This document shows, piece after piece, positions 18,534 to 26,644 of a DNA stretch of 64,000 nucleotides. Within the stretch, counting starts at the first letter, position 1. Every line of letters begins with the position of its first letter. The position numbers and the translations under genes were made by a program. Location: positions 21,493-85,492 of the forward strand of contig JBFLZG010000137.1 of assembly GCA_040756235.1 (NCBI GenBank). The letters are read 5' to 3'. The notes under the pieces were generated by a model, which saw only the letters and a list, made by a program, of their open reading frames with translations, did no database searches and had not been told where the DNA came from. The DNA comes from a bacterium (GTDB lineage: Bacteria; Desulfobacterota; DSWW01).

Positions 18534-19331
18534 TCAATCCGCCCGGGGAGCACGAGGGCGCATGCCGCACGGAAGGACGCGAACGATCTTCAGGAAGCCG
18601 CCTTGCACGAGCAAGCCGAGCTTGACCATCGCCACGCAGGCCATGCCCCAGAGGGGCGCGATCAGGATGGGCATCCCCTCGCCGGTTGCGTACTGCCAGT
18701 TCCCGGTGGCCGTGCCCATGTACTCATAGAGCGCCCCTAGCAGCGTGCCGCAGAGAAACAGCCAGAAGGTCTCGTGCCAGTCGAAGTCCTCGAGGATCAG
18801 GAAGCACGTGACGAGCACGCCCCCAAGAACGTGGACGTCCATGGCCCTTGCCCAGTCGACCCGGAGGATCCCTTTCCACGTCAGGGCAAGACCGATCGCG
18901 GGGAGAGCGAAGAAGCTCGCCTTCTGGATCCACGTTACGCGCCCCTCGCCTCGTGTCCTCTTTCGCCCGCCCAGAAGCAGGTAGAGGTGATAGACGGTCA
19001 GCAGGCAGACCCCCCATGTGAACACGACGTAGATGGGCGGTGTTTCCCGGGTCGCGTACGCCCAGACGCCCCTGGTCGTTCCCCACCACTCGCCCCAGTA
19101 GGCGAGAGCAAAGGCGGACAGGAAGAGCGGGACATCCTTTCTGGAATCGCTCTTCAGGAGCGTGAGACAAATCACGACCAGAAGCTCCAGCCAGACCGCG
19201 AGCCCCTGGGAGGGAAGGAGGCGCACCGTTCGCTGCCATCCTCCCATGGCGAAGTGGAGAACGCCCCAGAGCAGGAAGAGATCGAACAGGACGGTGGCGA
19301 GGGTCGCGTAATGTTTCCTCGGAAATCTCAT
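18534..19331 (-). CDS. 8-TM integral membrane protein with internal 4-TM duplication (unknown function)
   Basis: Start trimmed to ATG 19331 (MRFPRKHYATLATVLFDLFLLWGV). The two halves carry the same motif: AYWGEWWGTTRGVWAYATRE and ALYEYMGTATGNWQYATGE. Confidence 0.6.
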   Translation of the reverse strand: MRFPRKHYATLATVLFDLFLLWGVLHFAMGGWQRTVRLLPSQGLAVWLELLVVICLTLLKSDSRKDVPLFLSAFALAYWGEWWGTTRGVWAYATRETPPIYVVFTWGVCLLTVYHLYLLLGGRKRTRGEGRVTWIQKASFFALPAIGLALTWKGILRVDWARAMDVHVLGGVLVTCFLILEDFDWHETFWLFLCGTLLGALYEYMGTATGNWQYATGEGMPILIAPLWGMACVAMVKLGLLVQGGFLKIVRVLPCGMRPRAPRAD

Positions 19332-19613
19332 GACGGAGCCTGACTTCAGGGTGCCAGGTCCGGCCTTCACGTCCGGAACGCCCCCGGGCCCCTGGTGTGG
19401 GCCCTTGTGCGAGAGGGTCGTCGGGGTGCCGTGACTCGGGTGCGGGCAGGATAAGCGAGAGGGTCCAGGCGGGTCAACGCGAAAAGTGACCCGCACATTG
19501 AAGGTTCCTTCATAGGGTGCTTCAACCGGAAGAGTTCGTGGGTATACGCATCGGTCATCCGAAGGAGCTCAGAATCCAGCTCGCTGTCGGAGATAGCGAA
19601 GGTCGCCCGCACT

Positions 19614-21833
19614 TCAGGGGGAATCATCCTGGAGGTCGCTTTTCCTGCCCGACCTCCTCGGGAAGAGTCTGGCCGCGAGAGGGGCCAGAAGTAGGAACGC
19701 GAAGTTGCCGATGTCCGAGAGCGTCTTGCTCTCTGCGCCGACCCCCTCTGTCGACGCGAGCGTATCCCAGCCGACCGGGGGCGGGGTCGCGCCGGTCCCG
19801 GAGGTGAACAGCAGCGTTCCGTCGTTGCCGTGGCTGCTCATGTAGATCGAGCCGCTCCCGCTGAGCGCCATGCTGCTGAAGTCACCGCTTCCGAATAGCC
19901 GGTCACAGGCAGTCTCGGTCACCCAGGAACCTGACGCGTTTGTTGCCATCCTGAGTTGTGAGCTCGTCCCCGACCCGTAGGCGATATAGACCTGGTCCGA
20001 GTCATTCAGCGCAATGGAGCTCTGCTGGCACGGTTCTTCACCCGTCATGGGGTCCAGAGTCGTCGTCAGCCACAAACCCAAGGCGTTGGTCGCATACCTC
20101 AGCCCCTCGGCGGCCGTATAGCTGACATGAGCTCTGGCGGCGCTGTCCAGGGCGATGGAGGTGGCTCCCAGGTATACCTGAGCGACAGGTATGGCGACCC
20201 AGCTGCCAGAGGCATTCGTCGCCACTTTGAGACCGTATTGACTCAGGCCGTAAAGCCCCATGTAGCTGATGTAAGCATGACCGGCCCTGTCCAGGGCAAG
20301 GGAAGCATTCCGTTCCGCCAGCCCGGAGCTTTCCACCGTGGTCGTCACCCAGGTACCCGACGCATTGGTTGCGTATTCGAGGCCGTTGCCGTTTCCGTAT
20401 GCGATGTGGACCTTGCTCGACCCATCCAGGGCGATGGATGTGTACTGCCGGAGCCAGCCGGAATCCACCACGGTGGTTGCCCAGATTCCAGACGCGTTCG
20501 TCGCGTACTTGAGATTCGCAGAATCGCCACTGGGGTCGACTTCGAGGTAGCTGATGTGGACCTTGCCCGACCGGTCAACGGCGATGGAGCCAAAGGATCC
20601 GACGTTTCCCTCTGAGTCCACGGTAGCTTTGACCCAGGAGCCCGACGCATTGGTCGCGTATCTGAGATCCTGGTTGGTTTCGTCATAGTAGCAGATGTGG
20701 GCCTTTTCGGAGCCATCCAGAGCAATGGACGTGTACCATCCAAGATCGCCCGCAGAATCCAGGGTGGCCTTCATCCAGGAGCCCGAGGCGTCGGTCACGA
20801 CCACGAGATCCCCGTCCGTATCGTCGCGGTAACTGATGTGGACCTTTCCCGAATCGTCCAAAGCGATGGAAGTGTAATGGGTCACGGCTGCCGCGGAGTC
20901 GAGCCTCCGCCTTACCCAGGAGCCCGACGCATTGGTCGCGTACTTGAGATCCTCATTCGTTTCGTCCACGTAGCTGATATGGACTTTGTTCGAGCCGTCG
21001 ACGGCGATGCAGCTATTGGTCCCCACCAGGCCCGTGGAGTCCAGCGTTGTCGCGACCCAGGACCCCGAAACATTGGTCGCATACTTGAGGTCATAGTTGG
21101 CGTCGTAGGCGATGTGGGCCTTTCCCCAGCTGTCCAGGGCGATCGTTGTGTGCGAGCCCATTTCTCCGGCCGAGTCCAGCCTTGTCGCGACCCAAGACCC
21201 CGAAACATTGGTCGCGTACTTGAGATCGGCGTTTGTACTGTCGAGGTAGCTGACGTGGACTTTCCCCAATCCATCGAGTGCGATGGAGCTGGATCCCCCC
21301 ACGAAGCCCTCGGAGTCCACCGTGGTCGCGACCCAGGACCCCGAAGCGTTCGTCATGTACATCAGATCGCCAGTCGGGTAATCGTTGTAGCTGATATGAG
21401 CTCTACCCGAGCCATCCACGGCAATCGAGCTTTGCTCCACGTGACCCGTAGAAGTCAGCGGGATGATGACCCAGGAGCCCGAAGCGTTCGTCGCGTATTT
21501 CAGAATGCCGCCGCTGGTGCCTCCCACGTGGGTGATGTGGATCTTGTCCGAGCCGTCCACTGCGATCGAGGTCCGGTATCCGCAGTCGGCATCCAACATG
21601 GTCGTGACCCACGTCCCGGACGCATTCGTGCTGTACTCCAGCGCGCCCAAGGTCTCGTTTCGGGAGCTGACGTGAATCGCTCCGGCAGAGTCGATCGCCA
21701 GAGATGAGCCTTGCCCTCCCATTCCACCCGATGGCAGTCTGTCCACCACCTCCGTGACCCAGGCTCCGGCAGGAAGGGGGAAAAGACACAGAACCCAGAG
21801 GCATGCGCAAGAGAGAAGAAGCTTGCCCTTCAT
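19614..21833 (-). CDS. secreted tandem-repeat protein (~13 x 44-47 aa YATNASGSW repeats, beta-propeller-like) with C-terminal TM + basic tail
   Basis: Start trimmed to ATG 21833 (signal peptide MKGKLLLSCACLWVLCLFPLPAGA). The repeat unit is L.YATNASGSWV..(T)LDS.G.VG..TSIALD.SGKVHISY. The C-terminus is LSDIGNFAFLLLAPLAARLFPRRSGRKSDLQDDSP. Confidence 0.8.
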   Translation of the reverse strand: MKGKLLLSCACLWVLCLFPLPAGAWVTEVVDRLPSGGMGGQGSSLAIDSAGAIHVSSRNETLGALEYSTNASGTWVTTMLDADCGYRTSIAVDGSDKIHITHVGGTSGGILKYATNASGSWVIIPLTSTGHVEQSSIAVDGSGRAHISYNDYPTGDLMYMTNASGSWVATTVDSEGFVGGSSSIALDGLGKVHVSYLDSTNADLKYATNVSGSWVATRLDSAGEMGSHTTIALDSWGKAHIAYDANYDLKYATNVSGSWVATTLDSTGLVGTNSCIAVDGSNKVHISYVDETNEDLKYATNASGSWVRRRLDSAAAVTHYTSIALDDSGKVHISYRDDTDGDLVVVTDASGSWMKATLDSAGDLGWYTSIALDGSEKAHICYYDETNQDLRYATNASGSWVKATVDSEGNVGSFGSIAVDRSGKVHISYLEVDPSGDSANLKYATNASGIWATTVVDSGWLRQYTSIALDGSSKVHIAYGNGNGLEYATNASGTWVTTTVESSGLAERNASLALDRAGHAYISYMGLYGLSQYGLKVATNASGSWVAIPVAQVYLGATSIALDSAARAHVSYTAAEGLRYATNALGLWLTTTLDPMTGEEPCQQSSIALNDSDQVYIAYGSGTSSQLRMATNASGSWVTETACDRLFGSGDFSSMALSGSGSIYMSSHGNDGTLLFTSGTGATPPPVGWDTLASTEGVGAESKTLSDIGNFAFLLLAPLAARLFPRRSGRKSDLQDDSP

Positions 21834-21907
21834 GTTGTGGCCCCCCCCGGATCGTGAACTCGGCCCCATAACGCCTGCAAATGCTGCTCGCCCTGCTTCG
21901 CGGCGGC

Positions 21908-21937
21908 AGGATAGGTCAAAGCCGGTTGGTCAGTCAA
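21908..21937 (-). promoter_or_regulatory. candidate sigma70-type promoter for the repeat-protein gene
   Basis: On the minus strand: TTGACT (complement of 21932-21937), an 18-nt spacer, then TATCCT (complement of 21908-21913). It lies at the edge of the only AT-rich stretch (~21925-21990), about 75 nt upstream of ATG 21833. Confidence 0.3.
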
Positions 21938-22101
21938 TGAATAAAAATATTTGACTTGACATATTGCTCATTTTTCAACTCTCGGAAGGCCTCGAAGCCT
22001 CATGTGACTCCAGGCCGCCCCCGCCCGCTTTCACGATCGGTTTCGCCGCGAGCGGCGGGGTGGTACCACCCCGTTTTGAGAGGGTGGTCGCCACCACCTA
22101 C

Positions 22102-22555
22102 TCAGGGTTTACGCTCTGCAAGCCGTGCCGCCGGATTGTGGATGACGGAGCCTGCTTGATAGTAGCCGAGACCTACGCCCACGGATCGGCGGCCCGAGAG
22201 CGCCATGACGTCGCCGAGTGTTACCCCCCGTCGTCCTCCCTCGGTCACAAAGCCGGAACGGAGGCTGTGCCCCCCCAAAGGGAGCTGAATTCAGACTGGC
22301 CAGTGCCGCCCTTCGCTTCACGATCTCGGTCACACTCTTCTCCGAGAGGGGGCCTAACGATTTGCCGCTTTTTGAAAGGCGTCTGAAGAGAGTCCCTTCC
22401 GAAATCCCGCTCGCTTTGAGCCACGCCTCCAGTGCGATCGCCGCGCGTCCAAGGACCGGAAACTCCACTCCCTCGCCCTCCTGGTCCGTCTTGGCGGTGG
22501 CGAGATGATATAGGTAGAGCTTGTCCCACAAGCTCTGGTTCGGGAGCCTGTTCAA
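22102..22555 (-). pseudogene. tyrosine recombinase/phage integrase remnant (N-terminally truncated, frameshifted)
   Basis: Translation: ...ATAKTDQEGEGVEFPVLGRAAIALEAWLKASGISEGTLFRRL...SVTEIVKRRAALA. After a 7-nt homopolymer (C7 on the plus strand, 22270-22276) the conserved C-terminus continues in another frame: HSLRSGFVTEGGRRGVTLGDVMALSGRRSVGVGLGYYQAGSVIHNPAARLAERKP. Only about 150 of the usual 300+ aa are present. Confidence 0.8.
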
Positions 22556-22668
22556 AAATGCTCAGATGCCAGGCGCGCGAAATCCCGAGGAATGAGGCGT
22601 ACATTTCAGTACGCCGCAATGACGAGGGACGAGTGCAACGCCGCAGATGGGCGTTTTGGGACAGGCTC
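22544..22668 (+). mobile_element. MITE-like repeat, copy A (left end truncated)
   Basis: gagcctgttcaaaaatgctcagatgcc...caacgccgcagatgggcgttttgggacaggctc, followed by TA. It aligns with 46027-46153 and abuts the truncated end of the integrase remnant. Confidence 0.8.
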
Positions 22669-22740
22669 TAGCTAGGGGCGACCGGCCGGCGCACCTGGGC
22701 GGGATGGACAAAGCCGTCAGGCGTGTCCACCAACCAGGGC

Positions 22741-22959
22741 TCAGGCAAACAGCTCATCGCTTGCCTCTGCATCCATCTCCAGCTGTTCCTTCTGGCTCCA
22801 ACGGCAGCCGCTTCTGCAGGCCGCGACGGCGCGGATTCCGCAAAAGGGAGTACTGAATGCCAGCCTGACCTCCAGCCCGCCGCCGCACTGCGGGCAGCGG
22901 AGCTCCGTCTCGACCGTACCGCCCGCAAGTTCCGGTCTTTGCGTATCCGACTCTTTCAC
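22741..22959 (-). CDS. small Cys-rich (zinc-ribbon-like) hypothetical protein
   Basis: 72 codons from a GTG start. Contains CPQCGG ... C..(8)..C...C. Third-position GC looks coding-like. Its start codon lies inside the 16-bp direct repeat at 22953-22968. No family recognised. Confidence 0.3.
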   Translation of the reverse strand: MKESDTQRPELAGGTVETELRCPQCGGGLEVRLAFSTPFCGIRAVAACRSGCRWSQKEQLEMDAEASDELFA

Positions 22960-23019
22960 GATCGGTTTGCCTCCCGGGTTTGCAGGCGCACCGTTGCGGC
23001 GGCGGCTGAGCGGAGTCGG

Positions 23020-24174
23020 TCAGTCATAGGTCTTCAAGAGCTCCCGCGCGATGATCATGCGCTGGATTTCGCTGGTGCCGCCGCCCAGCGTGTTGGCAAT
23101 CGAGTCCCGTATGTCTCTTTCGATCGGGTACTCCTTCATGTAGCCGTAACCGCCGTGAATCTGGAAGGCGTCCAGCGCGTCGAGGCGGCTCGTCTCGCCG
23201 AAGAACAGCTTGGCCAAGGAAGCTTCCATCGTGGCCGGCATGCCCCGGGATTTCATCCAGGCGACCTTGTAGAAGAGGGTCTTGTAGATCTCCAGGTGCA
23301 TCCTCATGTTGGCGAGCTTGTGCTGGATCTCCTGAAAGTGCGCGATCGGCTGGCCGAACTGGACGCGGCCCTTGGCGTAGCGCACCGCCTCCTCGAGGCG
23401 CGCCTCGGCCACTCCGACCAGAGCCGGCAGCATGGCCGCCCTTTCCCAGACCAGGGTGCCCATGGCGACCTGGAAGCCCTTGCCGACGGCGCCGAGCACG
23501 TTCTCCTCGGGAACGACGCAGTCCTCGAAGATCAGCTCTCCGGTCGGCGACGAGCGCATGCCCATCTTCTCGAGCTTGCGGCCCCGCAGGAACCCCTCGA
23601 AGGTGCTTTCCACCAGGAAAGCGGTGATGCCCTTGTGTCCGAGGGAGCGGTCCACGGTGGCCAGGACCACGAATAGGTCGCCAATGGGGGCGTTCGTGAT
23701 GAAGGTCTTGGAGCCGTTGAGGACCCAGCGGTCTTTCTTCTTTTCGGCCCGGGTGGCGATGCTCGCGACATCGCTTCCTGCGCCCGGCTCGGTCTGGCCG
23801 TACCCGCCGATCCATTCGCCGGAGGCCAGCCTCGGCAGGTATTTCTCCTTCTGCCGGTCGGTGCCGGCCTCGACGATCGGGATCTCACAGATCACCATGT
23901 GAGCGCCCAGGGAGGTGACGAAGCCGACGTCCCTGGAGCCGTGGCCGAGCCCTTCCATGGTGATGCAGATGGTCAGGGGGTCCAGATCCAGGCCGCCGTA
24001 TTTCTCCGGGACGAGCATTCTCTGGAACCCGAAGTCCGCTGCCTTCGTCCACGCATCCCGATCCAGCTCTTCCTTTGCATCCATCTCGGCAGACCGGGGG
24101 GCGACCACTTCCTTGCCGAACTTGTAGGCCTGATCCCTCATGGCGAGCTGTTCCGATGTCCAGGAAAAATCCAC
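23020..24174 (-). CDS. acyl-CoA dehydrogenase
   Basis: Start trimmed to GTG 24174 (VDFSWTSEQLAMRDQ...), preceded by GGAGGGA; this gives a canonical 384 aa and removes the overlap with the upstream gene. Motifs are GGYGQTEPGAGSD, IHGGYGYMKEYPIERDIRDS and GGTSEIQRMIIAREL. Confidence 0.9.
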   Translation of the reverse strand: MDFSWTSEQLAMRDQAYKFGKEVVAPRSAEMDAKEELDRDAWTKAADFGFQRMLVPEKYGGLDLDPLTICITMEGLGHGSRDVGFVTSLGAHMVICEIPIVEAGTDRQKEKYLPRLASGEWIGGYGQTEPGAGSDVASIATRAEKKKDRWVLNGSKTFITNAPIGDLFVVLATVDRSLGHKGITAFLVESTFEGFLRGRKLEKMGMRSSPTGELIFEDCVVPEENVLGAVGKGFQVAMGTLVWERAAMLPALVGVAEARLEEAVRYAKGRVQFGQPIAHFQEIQHKLANMRMHLEIYKTLFYKVAWMKSRGMPATMEASLAKLFFGETSRLDALDAFQIHGGYGYMKEYPIERDIRDSIANTLGGGTSEIQRMIIARELLKTYD

Positions 24175-24250
24175 GTTCTCGTCCCTCCGTTCCGGGTTGA
24201 GGGGCTCGTCCCCTTCTGCCGCGGATGAATCTTCGGGCGTGCCTGCCCGG

Positions 24251-25762
24251 TCAGAAGATCTCCTTCTCTCTGTCCACGAAATCCGGGATGCTGAGGTAGT
24301 ACTCCTTCGGTTGAGTCCTATCGAGTCCCTCGTAGGTAGCCTTGGCCAAGGCGATCCTCTGCCTGATCCTATGGAGGGCAACGAGCGCCTCTTTCTCCAG
24401 GGCCACGAGCGTCTGGTCCAGGGCCTCGTCTCCCAGCCCCAGTCTCTCCTTGAGGTCCTCCCGGCGCATGTACAGGCCCGGATGCCGCTTGTAGTCCTCG
24501 GCGAGGGCGTCCATCAGCGCTTTCTTGGCCTCCTCCTCGGTCAGGGGGCGTTCCAGAACCGCAGAGCGGGCAGCCTGTTCGTGGGCCTGTGCCTCCTTCT
24601 CCCACTGCTTCCAGACGAGGGTGCGCAGGATTTCGTTGGAGCCTGCACCGATCTGGATGAGCTTGGAATCCCGCATGTGCCTCTCCACGGGGTACTGCGT
24701 GGTGTATCCGTCCCCGCCGTGACATTGCACCGCGTCGAGCGTCGTCTTCATCAGGCTGTCGGTGGCGAAAAGTTTGGCCGCGGAGGCGCCCAGCGGGACG
24801 TCTGCTCCTGAGTCCAGCATGCGGGCCGTGTAGTACGTGAGCGTGTGCCCGAGAAGGATGCCCGTGATCATGTCGCTCCCCATGAACTGGACGGCCGGAA
24901 TCTCGGAGAGGGTCTTGCCAAACTGAACCCGTCTGTGGGTGTAGTTCAGCGTTTCGTTGAGGGAAGAGCGCGCCACGCCGATGGCGCCGGCCGCGACGCC
25001 CAGGCGCTCGATGTTCAGGGCGTCGGCCATGATCTTCCAGCCGTCCCCTTCATCCAGAATCCGGTTCTCTTTGGGGACGCGTACGTCCCGGAACCGCAGC
25101 GCCGCGTGCCGGGACCCGAAGCGACCCATGACGTCGTGGATCGCCTCGACCGAGAAGCCCGGCGTACCCTTTTCCACCAGGAACGCGCTCATGTGACGGT
25201 GCGTGGCGCGCTCCTTGGGGTCATCGCTGGTCTTGCAGTACACGCAGTAAAGGTTGCCCACGCCGCCCACCGTGATGAACCGCTTGCGGCCGTTGATCAC
25301 GTACTCGTCTCCGTCCGGAACAGCCGTGGTCTGCACGGCGGCAGCGTCCGAGCCGCAGAAAGGTTCGGTGATGGCGATGCAGGCGAAGCGTTCCCCTGTC
25401 GCGAGTCCGGGAAGAAATCGCCTTTTCTGCTCCTCGGTACCGAAACGGACGATGGGCGAGTACCCGTAGATGGTGGTTTCGTAGAAGTCCACGGCCACGG
25501 CGGCTCCGCGCGCGATCTCCTCCAGCACGATGCACATGCCTGTCGTTCCGTAACCATTGCCCATCCCCCCGTACTTCTCGGGGATCAGGATGCCGAACCA
25601 CCCCTTTCTGCCGATCTCGCTCATGAACTCCCAGGGGAACTTCTTGGTCCGCTCGATCTCCTTGATGCGGGGAGCGATGACGGCATCGGCAAAGGCGGCT
25701 GCCTCATCTGCCAGTGCTTTCTGCTTCTCGTTCCACCAGAAGTACTTTTCCATCGTGTACAT
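24251..25762 (-). CDS. acyl-CoA dehydrogenase with ~110-aa C-terminal extension
   Basis: Start at ATG 25762 (MYTMEKYFWW), preceded by GAGGGAG. Motifs are CIAITEPFCGSDAA and CHGGDGYTTQYPVERHMRDSKLIQIGAGSNEILR. An extra helical tail follows: ...EEEAKKALMDALAEDYKRHPGLYMRREDLKERLGLGDEALDQTLVALEKEALVALHRI... Confidence 0.85.
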   Translation of the reverse strand: MYTMEKYFWWNEKQKALADEAAAFADAVIAPRIKEIERTKKFPWEFMSEIGRKGWFGILIPEKYGGMGNGYGTTGMCIVLEEIARGAAVAVDFYETTIYGYSPIVRFGTEEQKRRFLPGLATGERFACIAITEPFCGSDAAAVQTTAVPDGDEYVINGRKRFITVGGVGNLYCVYCKTSDDPKERATHRHMSAFLVEKGTPGFSVEAIHDVMGRFGSRHAALRFRDVRVPKENRILDEGDGWKIMADALNIERLGVAAGAIGVARSSLNETLNYTHRRVQFGKTLSEIPAVQFMGSDMITGILLGHTLTYYTARMLDSGADVPLGASAAKLFATDSLMKTTLDAVQCHGGDGYTTQYPVERHMRDSKLIQIGAGSNEILRTLVWKQWEKEAQAHEQAARSAVLERPLTEEEAKKALMDALAEDYKRHPGLYMRREDLKERLGLGDEALDQTLVALEKEALVALHRIRQRIALAKATYEGLDRTQPKEYYLSIPDFVDREKEIF

Positions 25763-25837
25763 GGCTGCTCCCTCTGGGTGCCCGGGCATTCAGGCGATTC
25801 AAGGAAACCGGCTCGTTCTTGCTCCCCCTGGCACGGG

Positions 25838-26644
25838 TCACCTGCCCCGGAACACAGGGGTTCTCTTCTCCCGAAACGCCCGGACTCCCTCCCTGTAATC
25901 CTGCGTGGTGATCAGGAAGGACTGCGCATTCATGACCTCCTCCAGACCGGTCTCTACATCTCCATGCTGAGCGGCCCGGTTGATGAGCTGCTTTCCGAGC
26001 CCCAGGGCCAGCGGGGACTTGCGGGCCATCCTGGCGGCGATCTTGCGGACCTCTTCGGAAAAGGTCTCCGGAGGGAAGACTCGATTCACCAGCCCCTGGC
26101 CGACCGCATCCGCCGCTGTCAGAGGCTCGCCGGTGAGAATGAACTCTTTGGCCCTGGCCAGGCCCATCAGTCGCGGCAGCCGGACGATCGCCCCGGCGTC
26201 GGGCAGGAGACCGAAATCGGTCTGGGGCATCCGCAGGGTCGCGCCTTCCACGGCGTATCTCAGATCGCAGCACAGGGCCAGCTCCACCCCGCCCCCCACG
26301 GCAGGCCCGTTCAGGGCCGCGATGGTCAATTTCTGGATGTCTTCCAGGCCGCCGAACACCCGGTTCCAGCGACGCTGCTGGTTCAGCCGGAACTCCGCCG
26401 GTGTCAGCGTAGAGAGAATCTCCAGGTCCGCACCGGCCGTGAAGTATCTGCCGGCTCCGGTCAGGAGAACCACTCGCACCTCGTCGTCCGCCATGAGCTC
26501 CTGAAGGACGGTCCACAGCTCATGCAGCATCTCGAAGTTGATGGCGTTCAGCTTCTCCGGGCGGTTCAGCCTGATGGTGGCGATCGCTTCGGCCTTCTCG
26601 TACGAGACCGTCTGGAACGGCATCTTTTTGCCCTCTGCGGTCAA
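25838..26644 (-). CDS. enoyl-CoA hydratase/isomerase (crotonase family)
   Basis: IATIRLNRPEKLNA, LTGAGRYFTAGADL and ALNGPAVGGGVELALCCDLR. Confidence 0.9.
   Translation of the reverse strand: MTAEGKKMPFQTVSYEKAEAIATIRLNRPEKLNAINFEMLHELWTVLQELMADDEVRVVLLTGAGRYFTAGADLEILSTLTPAEFRLNQQRRWNRVFGGLEDIQKLTIAALNGPAVGGGVELALCCDLRYAVEGATLRMPQTDFGLLPDAGAIVRLPRLMGLARAKEFILTGEPLTAADAVGQGLVNRVFPPETFSEEVRKIAARMARKSPLALGLGKQLINRAAQHGDVETGLEEVMNAQSFLITTQDYREGVRAFREKRTPVFRGR

Noticed and set aside
19367-19627. 86-codon minus-strand ORF between the repeat-protein gene and the 8-TM gene
   Set aside because: There is no recognisable motif. The second half is P/R/T-rich and overlaps the stop of the upstream gene by 14 nt. 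It could hide a ~40-aa peptide, but I cannot support it.
19614-19740. Calling the C-terminal tail a PEP-CTERM signal
   Set aside because: No P-E-P (or VPEP) motif precedes the helix, 8 extra residues follow the basic cluster, and no exosortase gene is in the window. It is kept only as an unclassified sorting-like tail.
21960-22100. tRNA gene expected next to the integrase remnant
   Set aside because: No cloverleaf-compatible stems or T-loop (GGTTCGAATCC-like) sequence are visible. The only structure is a GGTGGT...ACCACC hairpin.
22723-23676. 317-aa plus-strand ORF
   Set aside because: It overlaps the well-supported acyl-CoA dehydrogenase on the opposite strand, and its translation is low-complexity.
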